IMG/VR virus record: IMGVR_UViG_3300046516_001816
Location: 62,001-126,000 of that record
Direction: 5' to 3' (one strand)
DNA length: 64,000 bases
The notes beneath the pieces were generated by a model. The model was given only the letters and a program-made list of their open reading frames with translations. It had not been told where the DNA came from and made no database searches. Positions 43,824 through 53,983 of this stretch are shown here, piece by piece. The position numbers and the translations under genes are program-made. Position 1 is the stretch's first letter; each line of letters starts with the position of its first letter.

Positions 43824-45104
43824 ATGTGGCACAAAAAGACCCCGCTGACCGCGGCGCTGGAGATGATTGACTTCCAGACGAACGGTGCTTTATTCAAGGA
43901 ACTGTGCGCGCTCACGCGCTCGCTCGGCAAGGTCGATGCCAAGACCATGGCCGACCACGACATCGCCCAACAGCTGCCGGCGGTGATCAAACACCACACG
44001 GGTCTGAACGTGCAGGTCTGGTTTGGCGCGCATGATTTCGCCATGGTGGCGCCGCTCGTCAATCAGAACAATCCGCTACTCAATGCGCTCACAATGGAAG
44101 ATCGGGAGTTTATGCCCAATGCGGACGCCGATCAGATTCTGGCGCGCGTGGACAAAGCCCCGATTGGGCGGGTGAGCTTGAAGACGGGGATGGTGTCGGG
44201 CGTGTTCTCAGCGTTCCCCTCCATTCTGACCCTGCCCACCGAAGTGCTGGGCAGCGCACGCTTCACAGCCGAAGAAAAAGCGGCGGTCGTGCTCCATGAG
44301 CTCGGTCACATGTTCTCGTACTTCGAGTTCCTGGCCAACACGCATTCGACCAACCAGATCCTGGCGGCGATTTCGCGCAAGTACGATCAGACGACGAGCG
44401 TGAAGGAACGCGAATACGTCCTCACGAAGATCAAGTCGATGATGCAACTGAACGACTTGAACGCTGAAGCGCTGGCCCAATCCAACGACAAGAAGGTCGT
44501 GCAGATCGTGGTGGTGGCGTCGCTCGTGCGCCAGATCGAATCGGAGCTCGGCTCGAACCTCTACGACATGAATACGTGGGAACAGCTCGCCGATCAGTAC
44601 GCCACACGCCAAGGCGCAGGCCGTCATCTGTTGACCGCCCTCGACAAGATGTACCGCCTGGACAATCACCTCAATTTCCGCAGCACGCCGTCGTTCCTCT
44701 TTATCGAAGCCGTGAAGCTATGCCTGGCTGCGTTCGGTCCGCTCACGATGGGTGCGTCCTGGATCACCTGGTTGGCCATGTGTGGCATGGATGCCTCGGC
44801 CCCCGATGCCGGCTACGATAGCCTGAAGAATCGCTACGGCCGCGTGCGCGATCAGATCGTCGAAGCTCTGAAGGATAAGACACTGAAGCCCGAAGACGTC
44901 GACAGTCTCACGCAAGATCTGGCGGCCATCGATGAGCTGCTCAAGGGTGTGAAGGATCGTCAGCAGCTCTTTGGCTATTTGATCGACTTCCTGAGCCCGT
45001 ACCAACGCAAGCGCATCAGCCAGGAAAAGATGCAGCGCGAACTCGAACGCCTGGCCCACAACGATCTTTTTGTTCACTCGGCGAAGCTCAAGCAGCTGGC
45101 CTAA
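43824..45104 (+). CDS. Virion protein with zincin metallopeptidase-like motif
   Basis: LHELGH and downstream EQLADQYA...LLTALDKM; N-terminal AALE protease-site-like motif. Confidence 0.7.
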   Translation: MWHKKTPLTAALEMIDFQTNGALFKELCALTRSLGKVDAKTMADHDIAQQLPAVIKHHTGLNVQVWFGAHDFAMVAPLVNQNNPLLNALTMEDREFMPNADADQILARVDKAPIGRVSLKTGMVSGVFSAFPSILTLPTEVLGSARFTAEEKAAVVLHELGHMFSYFEFLANTHSTNQILAAISRKYDQTTSVKEREYVLTKIKSMMQLNDLNAEALAQSNDKKVVQIVVVASLVRQIESELGSNLYDMNTWEQLADQYATRQGAGRHLLTALDKMYRLDNHLNFRSTPSFLFIEAVKLCLAAFGPLTMGASWITWLAMCGMDASAPDAGYDSLKNRYGRVRDQIVEALKDKTLKPEDVDSLTQDLAAIDELLKGVKDRQQLFGYLIDFLSPYQRKRISQEKMQRELERLAHNDLFVHSAKLKQLA

Positions 45105-45122
45105 CTTTATTCAGGACTTACC

Positions 45123-45566
45123 ATGAACGTTCGTTTCCTTGACTTCGTGCGCGCCTGCGCTGAATTCGAAGCTGCTCCCGGTGACCGTAGCTGTGTGATC
45201 GCCGCGGGCGTGGCGCTCGCGATTGCCCGTCATCTGCCGCTGCCCTCGGCCCCGGTGGACGCGCCGAGCAACTTCTACAACTTCACCAACCTGCAAGCAG
45301 CGAAGGATCTCGTCGCGCAATTCAACGAGCAGATCGTCTTCAACGTGAAGGAAGCGCTCGAAGAAACCCGCAACAACTGGATGCTGCGCTACAACGCCGC
45401 CCATCCGCCGCGTTTCCCCGTGATCAACCCGGAGATCGGCTACTACGACAACCTGCTCGGCGTCGCGAAGTACGTCGACAAAGAGACGCACTGCTTTAAC
45501 AACCAGTACAAGCTGCCGATCTTCTTGCTCGCGCAGATCGCCACGCAAGTCATCAACGAGTGCTAA
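45123..45566 (+). CDS. Virion structural protein
   Basis: 147 aa, SD CAGGA, start of structural block, high-expression codons. Confidence 0.65.
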   Translation: MNVRFLDFVRACAEFEAAPGDRSCVIAAGVALAIARHLPLPSAPVDAPSNFYNFTNLQAAKDLVAQFNEQIVFNVKEALEETRNNWMLRYNAAHPPRFPVINPEIGYYDNLLGVAKYVDKETHCFNNQYKLPIFLLAQIATQVINEC

Positions 45567-45569
45567 GCC

Positions 45570-46955
45570 ATGTGGAACCAGCGCCTGGATGAGTCGCTGG
45601 ACTTCGATGCGGATTGGGAGCTGGTGCCTCAGATCGTGGAAACGGTCGGTACGGGCGCAGCACCTGATCACTCGGAAGAACTCGATGCGTTTGTCTCGTT
45701 GGAGTCGCGCATCGAGGACTTGCTAGTCCTGCGAGAAAGTATTCTGGAAACCTCCGGCATGAGTCAGAGCTTCGCGCTCGAAGCCCAGCGCTTGTGGCCG
45801 GAATTCGATAACAAGAACCCGATCGGTTTTTACACCGTGGCGCCCAGTGCCACGCGCTACGCTGTCGCCATTGAAGAGTTGTCCAGTGGCATCTGGACCC
45901 TGATCGCTGCCGGGATTGCGGCGGTCATCGCCCTCATTGTCAAGTTTATGAAGTGGCTGGGCAAGGGCAAAGAAGAAGATGCGGTGGAGGAGACCAGGAC
46001 CACCATGGAGAAGCTGGAAGACGCCAAGCGACTGCTGGCTGAATGCGATCGCTTGATTGCAGAAGGTCGTGAGCAGATCACGGGCAAGCATGTCTACATG
46101 GATGATGAGCGGCGCCAGGAACACAACACGCTCGATCAGCTGGTGCGCAGCTATATGGCGGATGAAACGCACGGCAAGCGGATCAAAGAGTTCCTCCAGA
46201 CGAAGGATCCGTTCTTCCACGATTTGATCAACCATGGGCCGTACACTAAGGAGATGGCGGGCATGGCTGTCGTCTTCAAGAGCCTTCAGCTGATCCTGCG
46301 TCAGCGCCTGAACGCATTGGAAGCCGTCAGTCAGTTGGACTTGACTGAAGACTCCCTCACGTCGAATATGACGAATGTGAAGACGCTCGCGGCTCTGAAG
46401 GACCCCGTGCAGGTTTCCTACCAGGGCAAGGAGCATACCCTTCAGGAGATCAAGACCAGTGTTTCCATGGTTACGCGCGAAGTGGAAAGCCAGCAGGTAT
46501 CGGGTGATCTTTCATTTGATCATCTGTTCGGATCAATGGCGCAAGCCCTGAGCAATAGCGAAGTGACGGTGGCCTTGAAAGAGCTCACTACCCTCACGCC
46601 GATGATTGACCAGATGCGCCATAAGCTGCAAGCCTTGGAAGCGAAGGCGGGTAGCTTTAAGACCGACGGGAGCCCGGGCAAGCACACGACGATGATCGGC
46701 ACAGATCTGCGCCACGCCATCTTCGTGCTCGGCACGGACCTCTCGGCCTTGCAAGCCTTGACCGCAGAAGTGATGCAGTACCAGCATCGTATTCTGTTCC
46801 TCTCCAACAATGCAGCGTCGTTTGCGGAATCGGTTGCCCAGAAGATCGCCTCGAGTGCGCGCACTGAAGATGGTGCCCACCTGGATAAGTTCCGGGAGAT
46901 CGCCAGGAAGTTGGGTGAGCGTCGCAAAGAACTGCATAGTCTCTACGCCCGCTAA
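45570..46955 (+). CDS. Internal head (ejection) protein-like
   Basis: Acidic propeptide with SLE/ALE/AIE sites followed by amphipathic IWTLIAAGIAAVIALIVKFMKWL helix. Confidence 0.65.
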   Translation: MWNQRLDESLDFDADWELVPQIVETVGTGAAPDHSEELDAFVSLESRIEDLLVLRESILETSGMSQSFALEAQRLWPEFDNKNPIGFYTVAPSATRYAVAIEELSSGIWTLIAAGIAAVIALIVKFMKWLGKGKEEDAVEETRTTMEKLEDAKRLLAECDRLIAEGREQITGKHVYMDDERRQEHNTLDQLVRSYMADETHGKRIKEFLQTKDPFFHDLINHGPYTKEMAGMAVVFKSLQLILRQRLNALEAVSQLDLTEDSLTSNMTNVKTLAALKDPVQVSYQGKEHTLQEIKTSVSMVTREVESQQVSGDLSFDHLFGSMAQALSNSEVTVALKELTTLTPMIDQMRHKLQALEAKAGSFKTDGSPGKHTTMIGTDLRHAIFVLGTDLSALQALTAEVMQYQHRILFLSNNAASFAESVAQKIASSARTEDGAHLDKFREIARKLGERRKELHSLYAR

Positions 46956-46957
46956 GC

Positions 46958-46996
46958 GGCATAGTAGCCCGGGCTTTTGGCCCGGGCCCTTATGCC
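46958..46996. terminator. Bidirectional terminator-like hairpin
   Basis: GGCATA...GCCCGGGC-TTTTG-GCCCGGGC...TATGCC between convergent genes. Confidence 0.7.
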
Positions 46997-47009
46997 GTCA
47001 GCTTACTGC

Positions 47010-49979
47010 TTACTGCCCTTTGGGGTTGTACACCGCGAACGAGACAGTGACTGCTTCTTGCACGCTGAGCGTACCGTTGGCATTCACGATCAGGTTCTTG
47101 GCAATCCCCAGCTGCGTCGAATCATCCACCAGCTCCACGGTCGACAGGTTGGCGGCACCCCCCAAGCCCGAGAACGTAAAGCTGATGACGTCATTGCCGT
47201 AGACATTGCGCAAGGCCGTGGTGATCATGTCGTTGGAGACCACCGTTTGGGCGATCACCGAACTGATGGTGCTGATCGTCGCTTGCTGGAGTTGCTGCTT
47301 CAGCGTCTCGCTGGCAAACACCGCCTTGCTCACGTAGCAGACCACGTTAAACTGTTGGCCCGCATCCACGTTGTACTTCAAGCCATCCTGCCCGTACACT
47401 TCCACGCTGCCGATATTGGCCACTGGGTAGTAGTAGAGCGACGTTTCTTCCAGCAGCTGTTGATTGAGCGTTTCAAACTGCCCCGTCAACCAGCCCACCA
47501 CCGTAGTGATCAGTTGCGTCATATACGCCGGCGCGACCGTGTCATTGGCAAAGCGGTACGCGGCTTCGATCATCATGATGTCGAGGTTACGCGTGACGCC
47601 GCGCGGGGAGATCGGCACCGGGTTATTCTGTCCATCCAGAATCACATCCCCCACACGGAACTGATAACTCACGCTGCCGTCGGCATTGAGGACTGGATCG
47701 CCCTTCTTGTGCACGATCGTGAACTGCGGTGCCCCATTGACAATGGTAAACTGCTGGCCCGTCGTCGGATCGATCTCGTACACGTCAGCCTGGTAGTAAT
47801 ACGGCACGTCGACCTGGTAGGTCTGGTACTGTACGGTCGAGACAATCGTGCGCGCATTTGCCCAGAGGGTATCCAGGTAATCGCCAAACTTACAGACCAG
47901 CTGCTCGTTGGTGATCCCGCGACTATTGCCCGGCAGCGTAAAGCGACCCAGCATCGTATCGACAGCCGAGGCGACCCACGTCGAGGGCATCGCAGCGGTC
48001 GTGCCATACACCACGTCAAACGTCGTTTCCAACGGCGCGGCGGTTAGCTGACCCGGATTCAGGTTGTACATGAAGAACTTCGTCAGGTACAGATTGCTCG
48101 CCGCATCCACGTTGTAGTTGGTCGACAGATCGAACTGCCATACGCGCTCACCGGTGCTCGTCTTGCCCTGGAGCGTGCCGTTGAGATACGCCCGTGCCGA
48201 CTGACCCGGCGGGATAAACGAGAGCTGACAGAAGAGCGTGTCATCCGAGAGCGCTTGATACGCACTGTTGGACGACGTCGCCAGCGTGAGCTGATAGCCC
48301 GTCGCCGTGGTGACGAACTGATACGTGGCCGTGGAGACGTTGAGCTGCGTGGTGTCATTCTCGCCCACCCAGAGCTTGGTCTCGACCGCCGGGGCATCCA
48401 GGTAGTACGGTCGCAGCGCCAGTTCATTGTTCGTCATATCGACGACGTAATAGAACGGGCTGAAATAGTAGTTCCCCGAATTGATTGCCAGCGCCAAATT
48501 GGTTGGCGACATGGCTTTCAGCTGCGCCAGCACTTCATCACTCACCATCGACACCACACCGTTGATGTTCTGGTAGAGCGCGCGCGGCGTAATCGTCACG
48601 CTGGTCTTGTTATCAATCACCGCACTGTTGGTGACGGCTTCGGCCACCGACATTGCCACGGTTTCAATCGTCGAGCACGCCGCGGTGATCAGTGCGCTAT
48701 CCACCGGCTGGGGCATCGGGCTCGTGGCCAGGTACGCCCGGTTGGTGATATTGTCGACGTTCTTCACCACGCCAAAGCCATCTTGCGCGAGTGTGTCTTG
48801 CAGCTGACTCGGCGTAATCGGCAAGGACTGTGCGCCTACCGAGTTATCAATGACCTGTTGACGCAGTGCGGCAAACGTCTGGGCGGCTTCCCCGCCAATC
48901 ACCACTTGATCCGAGAACGGAATCACGGTCGAGAAGTTCGACAGCGGCGCGGTGAAGATCGTCTTGTCATTCTGATCGATCGGATCGAACGTCGCACTGA
49001 AGGCACTCGCATCGTACTGCGAGAGGTTCATGTTCAGTGGTCCCTGCGTTTCATACACGTCAATGCGCAGGCTCGTGTTGAGCAAACCCGTGCTGGTGTA
49101 GACTTGCGGGACCATTACGTTCAGCTGCGTCACACCCGAGGTCACGTTCGTATCCAGCGTGAGCACCGCGGTTGGGGTCAGCGGATCGTAGATCTCGGTG
49201 GAGTACGTGGTCTGAAGTTCGCGCCAGGTACCCGCGCTCGTCTTGGCGTAGACACGGCAGTAGTAGAACGCGTTCTTCAACGGTACCGTCAGCTGGAACA
49301 TCTTCGAGGGCGAACACGTACCCGTGCGCGTGATGATGTCAAACTGTTGCAGCGGGAATTCCAGATACACCCAGGTCTGGTCGGCGGCCTGGCGATACTC
49401 CCACGTCACTTCGTTGGTGGAGAGCGTTTGCAGCGGAGAGACTTGGCTGGTGTCGTAATTGATCGAGAGTCCACCGTGCGCCATCTGCTGGATCACGATC
49501 GGATACTGCAAGCCAAAGTTCACACCCCCCACCACAAAGTTCGAGTTGCGCGGGATGACCAGCTTCTTCAGCCCCGTGGCCGGATCCACCACCATCTTGT
49601 TGAGCAGCTCATTCTCGCCAAACATCAACGACCAGGTACACTGCGCTGGCGTGGCAAAGCGGTTCGCGTAGTCGGTGTCCGACATATGCGTGTAGAGATC
49701 GGCTTGGGTGAGCGCCGAGACGGGGTACTGCTTGCGCCACAGGGCTTGCACCTTTTGCATAAACGCTGCGGTGTTCACCGCCGACGTTTCGATCGAGTGC
49801 ACATACGGGTTGGTCGGGTCCACGATACTGACCACGCCTCCGGTGACTTCATTCAGATAGTTAAAACCGACTTGCGCAATCCCGGCCGGATGATACTGGT
49901 ATTGCAGGATGTTGTTGATCAGGTCCGTGATCGTGGGCGAACCCGACGGAACGGTCAAGGCTGCGACGCTTGTTGCCAT
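47010..49979 (-). CDS. Large virion structural protein, probable baseplate wedge component (phiKZ gp87-like)
   Basis: 989 aa, T/N/V beta-rich; synteny in structural block. Confidence 0.62.
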   Translation of the reverse strand: MATSVAALTVPSGSPTITDLINNILQYQYHPAGIAQVGFNYLNEVTGGVVSIVDPTNPYVHSIETSAVNTAAFMQKVQALWRKQYPVSALTQADLYTHMSDTDYANRFATPAQCTWSLMFGENELLNKMVVDPATGLKKLVIPRNSNFVVGGVNFGLQYPIVIQQMAHGGLSINYDTSQVSPLQTLSTNEVTWEYRQAADQTWVYLEFPLQQFDIITRTGTCSPSKMFQLTVPLKNAFYYCRVYAKTSAGTWRELQTTYSTEIYDPLTPTAVLTLDTNVTSGVTQLNVMVPQVYTSTGLLNTSLRIDVYETQGPLNMNLSQYDASAFSATFDPIDQNDKTIFTAPLSNFSTVIPFSDQVVIGGEAAQTFAALRQQVIDNSVGAQSLPITPSQLQDTLAQDGFGVVKNVDNITNRAYLATSPMPQPVDSALITAACSTIETVAMSVAEAVTNSAVIDNKTSVTITPRALYQNINGVVSMVSDEVLAQLKAMSPTNLALAINSGNYYFSPFYYVVDMTNNELALRPYYLDAPAVETKLWVGENDTTQLNVSTATYQFVTTATGYQLTLATSSNSAYQALSDDTLFCQLSFIPPGQSARAYLNGTLQGKTSTGERVWQFDLSTNYNVDAASNLYLTKFFMYNLNPGQLTAAPLETTFDVVYGTTAAMPSTWVASAVDTMLGRFTLPGNSRGITNEQLVCKFGDYLDTLWANARTIVSTVQYQTYQVDVPYYYQADVYEIDPTTGQQFTIVNGAPQFTIVHKKGDPVLNADGSVSYQFRVGDVILDGQNNPVPISPRGVTRNLDIMMIEAAYRFANDTVAPAYMTQLITTVVGWLTGQFETLNQQLLEETSLYYYPVANIGSVEVYGQDGLKYNVDAGQQFNVVCYVSKAVFASETLKQQLQQATISTISSVIAQTVVSNDMITTALRNVYGNDVISFTFSGLGGAANLSTVELVDDSTQLGIAKNLIVNANGTLSVQEAVTVSFAVYNPKGQ

Positions 49980-49991
49980 GTTATCAAGTCC

Positions 49992-51254
49992 TTATGTATT
50001 CGGAGACGAATCCGGTGCGGTTTGGATCGCCGTGCCTGTCGTTTGCAGTTTCACCGTCGGCTGACTGAAGGCCCGGTTATACACGCTTTCGTTATTGCTC
50101 GAGGCTTGCGGAATCTGTCCGGTTGGCAGCGGAGGCGTAGCCAGTCGATTGGTTTGCGCGGTCACCACCGGAATCAGGGTCTGGTAGGTGCGGTTATCGA
50201 TCCACCATTCGAGCTCCCACGTATCTGGATTGATGCGCGGATAGCCCCGGTTATTAAAGAGCTGCAACGCCGCCATCGGAATCTTCGTGTAGTGCGACTC
50301 GCGCATGCCATCGGCCATCGTGTCGTTAGCGCTACACACCGTTTGGTTGAACGACCACAGCAGAATCGGATCCTGATAGATCGCCCCCTGACAATGAAAC
50401 GGAATCGAGATCTGGTGATTCGCGTCGTTGTAGGGTTTCTCGTTGGTGTAGTCAAACGCGCTGGAGCCGATCGGGGCAGCCGTCGGAAAGGCCGCGCCAC
50501 ACGCGGCGATCTTCTGCACCTTGGTGCGCGTGGGGTCCAACACCAGCCGATAAATACGGGTTTCGTAGTCCTTTTCGTTCTCCACGATCATGTCCGGGTG
50601 CGGCATCATCGTACCCCGGAAGACATGGCTCATGTAGTGCGACCAATAAAAGAACATGGCGGTGATCGGATCGCCCGGAATGTTGCGGAAATTGGCGGTG
50701 ATATCGTATGCCGAAAGGTTTTCCGTCACCCCGTCGACCAGGGAAAACACCTCCTTATGTGTACCTTCTTGAGAGGTGCGATAAGGGACCATCAAGTCCG
50801 GCCACCCCGAAATATTGTTTAGCGTATTCGTCAAGACCGGCAGAAAAGCATTTTGCGGGTCAACGAACGGCGAGGTGATTCCGTACTCGGGACTGCGTGG
50901 ATCGAGGTAACACCGGATAATTCTTTGAAGCGTCTGAGCATTGGTCGTGGTCAAGGGATTAAACAAGCGCACGGCGCGCAGGTTGCCCAAGGCCAGATTC
51001 AGGTTCGGCCGCGTGAAGAACGTCAGGCCATAGTGGTCCTTGTTAATGGGGATCGCATTGGGGGTTTGCCGATGGTTGATCCCGTAGTAGGCGCTAGCGA
51101 TTGCGTTGGTGTTGCGTGTGCCTTGCGGCGTATTCAATAACAAGTTATCCACCGCTTGCGCCGCAGTGGTGTTGGCCTGTGTAAACACATCGGAGACGTC
51201 CAGGGCATTAGCTGTGCCATTGGGATTGTCGGACGATCCGCCATTGATGGTCAT
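49992..51254 (-). CDS. Virion structural protein (phiKZ gp88-like), possibly tube-initiator fold
   Basis: 420 aa; FTRPNLNL motif; synteny. Confidence 0.6.
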   Translation of the reverse strand: MTINGGSSDNPNGTANALDVSDVFTQANTTAAQAVDNLLLNTPQGTRNTNAIASAYYGINHRQTPNAIPINKDHYGLTFFTRPNLNLALGNLRAVRLFNPLTTTNAQTLQRIIRCYLDPRSPEYGITSPFVDPQNAFLPVLTNTLNNISGWPDLMVPYRTSQEGTHKEVFSLVDGVTENLSAYDITANFRNIPGDPITAMFFYWSHYMSHVFRGTMMPHPDMIVENEKDYETRIYRLVLDPTRTKVQKIAACGAAFPTAAPIGSSAFDYTNEKPYNDANHQISIPFHCQGAIYQDPILLWSFNQTVCSANDTMADGMRESHYTKIPMAALQLFNNRGYPRINPDTWELEWWIDNRTYQTLIPVVTAQTNRLATPPLPTGQIPQASSNNESVYNRAFSQPTVKLQTTGTAIQTAPDSSPNT

Positions 51255-51292
51255 TTTTAAACCTCTTCTTTGTATAACTAAGGACTAGCGCG

Positions 51293-53035
51293 ATGAGTAC
51301 GATCGGCGAGAAAGTCAGTCATGCGGCAGGCGCGACTGCTGAGTTTATCTTCAATCCTGCTACAGCTGCCCAGGTCGTTGGTCGTGACGCAATCGCCATG
51401 ATCATCGATCGCGCGATGGCGGTGGGCCAGGCCAACAGTTCGTTGGTGGGCTATACGCAAGCGGCGCGCGTGGAACCGTTGTGCCTGGTCGACACGGATG
51501 CATTGTTCGTGGAAGAGCTGCATGACGTGCTGCAATCGATGCAGTCGATTTTTGCAGGTTACTATCTGCAAGCCGTGCAGCTCGATTCGAGCATCGGTCA
51601 CGTCAAGGTCCTCGAGACGCTCCAGAAGTTCAATCCGAACCGCCCCGTGGGTTCGCACATCGGTAGCCTGACCAATGCAGTTGGCCAAACGCTGGGTCAC
51701 GCCATTGGCGTGCGTCAAGCGGGTCACGGCATCGGCCCGGGTGCATTGGGTGACAGCGCATTGGCAAGTGCGGGCGGTCTGGCCGCTGGCATCCATCATC
51801 TCACCGCTGCACAAGAGGCATTCGAAGACGCACTGCCGAGTTACGCATTCGATAGCGTCGCGCTCGAAGCGACCGCGCCCAAGGGTAGCAAACGTCAGAT
51901 CCAAGTCGATCCGGCCTTCGCTGATGACGCCGCGTTCAAGAACTGGAAGCAGCACCGCGAACTCGCTCGCGCCAAGCAGCAGGACCAGCAGCACCGCGAA
52001 CGCGTGAACGATCGTCGGGCCCAGAAGGACGACAAGAAGGAAGAGAAGCGCCTGCGCGAAGAAGACCGGGACCTGCGCCGTGGTCAACTGCAAGAGCAAG
52101 CCAATCGCCAGAAGGCACAGGACGAACGTCAAGCCCAGCTCGATCGCGAACGTGCGGAAGATCGTCGCAAGCAAGACGAGCGCGCGAACAAGCAGGACAA
52201 GCGTCAAGAGACGCAAGAAGACGAACGCAAGCGCAACCAGTCCTGGCAGAACCAGCGTCAGTTGCAACAAGACGCTGAGCGCGAAGCCGATCGTCTGAAG
52301 CAAGAACAACGTGAGCAGGCTGAAGCCGCTTCGAAGGCTGCTGACGACGCTCGCGTGTCGACAAGCTTCGGTTCGGACGCGCTGCGCGAGATCAAAGAAG
52401 CGAGCAATCTGGCTGTGGGCAAGATGCTCCAGCTCGAGATCAAGCACGCGGGTCAAGTCTTCCAGGTGCCCGTGGCCCTGCGGCTCGTGGTGAACACGAT
52501 TCCGAGCGCGCAACTGACTCATATTTTATCGCTCTCCAACGAGATCATCACCGGCAAGGAACGCTTCCATGCCTGGAAAGCGGGTCGTCTGGAGTTCGTG
52601 AAGGATCTGATCTTCTGCCGTGACTTGGTCGATGCCCATCGTCGCAACCTGATGAAGGATGCCGACAGCGTCTACGCACGGGTCGTGAAGAACGAGAGCA
52701 AGAGCTTTGCAGCAGCGATTCTGTCGGGCGTGCCCTCGGTGGCGGCGGCCTCCAACATGATCGTCACCACGACGCACACGATCGAAGAAGTCGAACTGTC
52801 GATGCCCGGCAAGTTCAGCGACTTCCATGCGCGCGAGAAGATCTTCGAGCACACCTCGCTCATGATCGTCGCCGTGATCGACAAGGAATGGAACCGCGTC
52901 ACGTTCTACCACCGCGGCATTGCGGATGCGACCGAAGTGTCGTTCCGTGATCTGAAGGCAGCGGGCAAGGGCAGTGGTCCGGACGTCAGCGACATTCTCA
53001 AGGCTTACACGCTCGGTAACGCACCGCGTCTGTAA
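51293..53035 (+). CDS. Inner-head protein (phiKZ gp89-like) with a charged helical insertion
   Basis: 580 aa; VALE site; ~130-aa Q/E/R/K/D-rich stretch. Confidence 0.62.
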   Translation: MSTIGEKVSHAAGATAEFIFNPATAAQVVGRDAIAMIIDRAMAVGQANSSLVGYTQAARVEPLCLVDTDALFVEELHDVLQSMQSIFAGYYLQAVQLDSSIGHVKVLETLQKFNPNRPVGSHIGSLTNAVGQTLGHAIGVRQAGHGIGPGALGDSALASAGGLAAGIHHLTAAQEAFEDALPSYAFDSVALEATAPKGSKRQIQVDPAFADDAAFKNWKQHRELARAKQQDQQHRERVNDRRAQKDDKKEEKRLREEDRDLRRGQLQEQANRQKAQDERQAQLDRERAEDRRKQDERANKQDKRQETQEDERKRNQSWQNQRQLQQDAEREADRLKQEQREQAEAASKAADDARVSTSFGSDALREIKEASNLAVGKMLQLEIKHAGQVFQVPVALRLVVNTIPSAQLTHILSLSNEIITGKERFHAWKAGRLEFVKDLIFCRDLVDAHRRNLMKDADSVYARVVKNESKSFAAAILSGVPSVAAASNMIVTTTHTIEEVELSMPGKFSDFHAREKIFEHTSLMIVAVIDKEWNRVTFYHRGIADATEVSFRDLKAAGKGSGPDVSDILKAYTLGNAPRL

Positions 53036-53046
53036 TTTCATCATCG

Positions 53047-53078
53047 GCGCTGGGGGTTCGCTCCCAGTGCATTTCTTT
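53047..53078 (+). terminator. Terminator
   Basis: GCGCTGGGGG-TTCG-CTCCCAGTGC then ATTTCTTT. Confidence 0.65.
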
Positions 53079-53095
53079 AAGGGTTGGTCTTCACC

Positions 53096-53983
53096 ATGAA
53101 GATTGAGAAATACGTCGCCACGCTGATGCCGAGTATCCGGAAGGACAAGGTGCTCGAAGACATCGCGGTGGTGCGCAAGGAGTTGCGCGACGCGACCATT
53201 CCGTCGTATGCGGCGATCATCGGCTTTTTCGGCAAGCGCAAGTGGACGAGCAAGGAAATGCAGTCGTTTGCGCAGACCTTCGCCCGTCTGGTGCATGGTG
53301 GCAATCTGGTGGAAATCATCGGCAAGGGTCTGGATGAAATGGACAAGGCTCTCGATGTCGCCGAAGCCTACATCACCAAGGCCTTCAACGAAGAAACCGT
53401 CAGCGCAGCGATCACGTACAAGAAGGCCGGCGTGCTTCAGTACGTTGACGCCATCGCGTTCCTGACCCGCTACGCCCGTCGTCTGGCTAACTATATGCTG
53501 GTCTGCGAGACGGCGACCGAAGACAGCGACACGAAGCTGGCGGACTCGTTCGCGCCGGCCGAGCTCGCCTATCTCAACGGCAATGCGCTGGTCTTCTGTC
53601 AGGCCTTCAAGGCGATCGCGATTCCGGCGACGGCCGTCGAGAAAGCTATCGAAGCGATGCCCGAGATCGTCGTGAAGGCAGCCGCAGCAGGTGTCGCGGA
53701 AGAGATCCATGGCGCGAAGAAGATCGACGCGTTTGGCATGGGCCTGATCCCGGCCAAGTGGAACTTGTTCTACCACGTCGGCAAAGCGTTCGCCGAGTGG
53801 CAGGTGAGCAACTACAACGCGGCCAAGGAAGAGATGCAGCTCGTGCAGATGCGCAAGCTCTACCTGGAAAAGATCCTCGCGAAGAAGCCGGACGCTGCGC
53901 TGCAAACCGAGATCCAGTACACCGAAGGTCGCCTGCTGAATCTGTCGGCGAAGATCGGCAAGATGGAGGCAGCATATGCCTGA
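53096..53983 (+). CDS. Abundant inner-head protein (phiKZ gp90-like)
   Basis: 295 aa, strong codon bias, synteny. Confidence 0.62.
   Translation: MKIEKYVATLMPSIRKDKVLEDIAVVRKELRDATIPSYAAIIGFFGKRKWTSKEMQSFAQTFARLVHGGNLVEIIGKGLDEMDKALDVAEAYITKAFNEETVSAAITYKKAGVLQYVDAIAFLTRYARRLANYMLVCETATEDSDTKLADSFAPAELAYLNGNALVFCQAFKAIAIPATAVEKAIEAMPEIVVKAAAAGVAEEIHGAKKIDAFGMGLIPAKWNLFYHVGKAFAEWQVSNYNAAKEEMQLVQMRKLYLEKILAKKPDAALQTEIQYTEGRLLNLSAKIGKMEAAYA

Noticed and set aside
48255-50822. 855-aa + strand ORF over minus-strand structural genes
   Set aside because: Shadow frame; the minus-strand ORFs have protein-like composition and fit synteny
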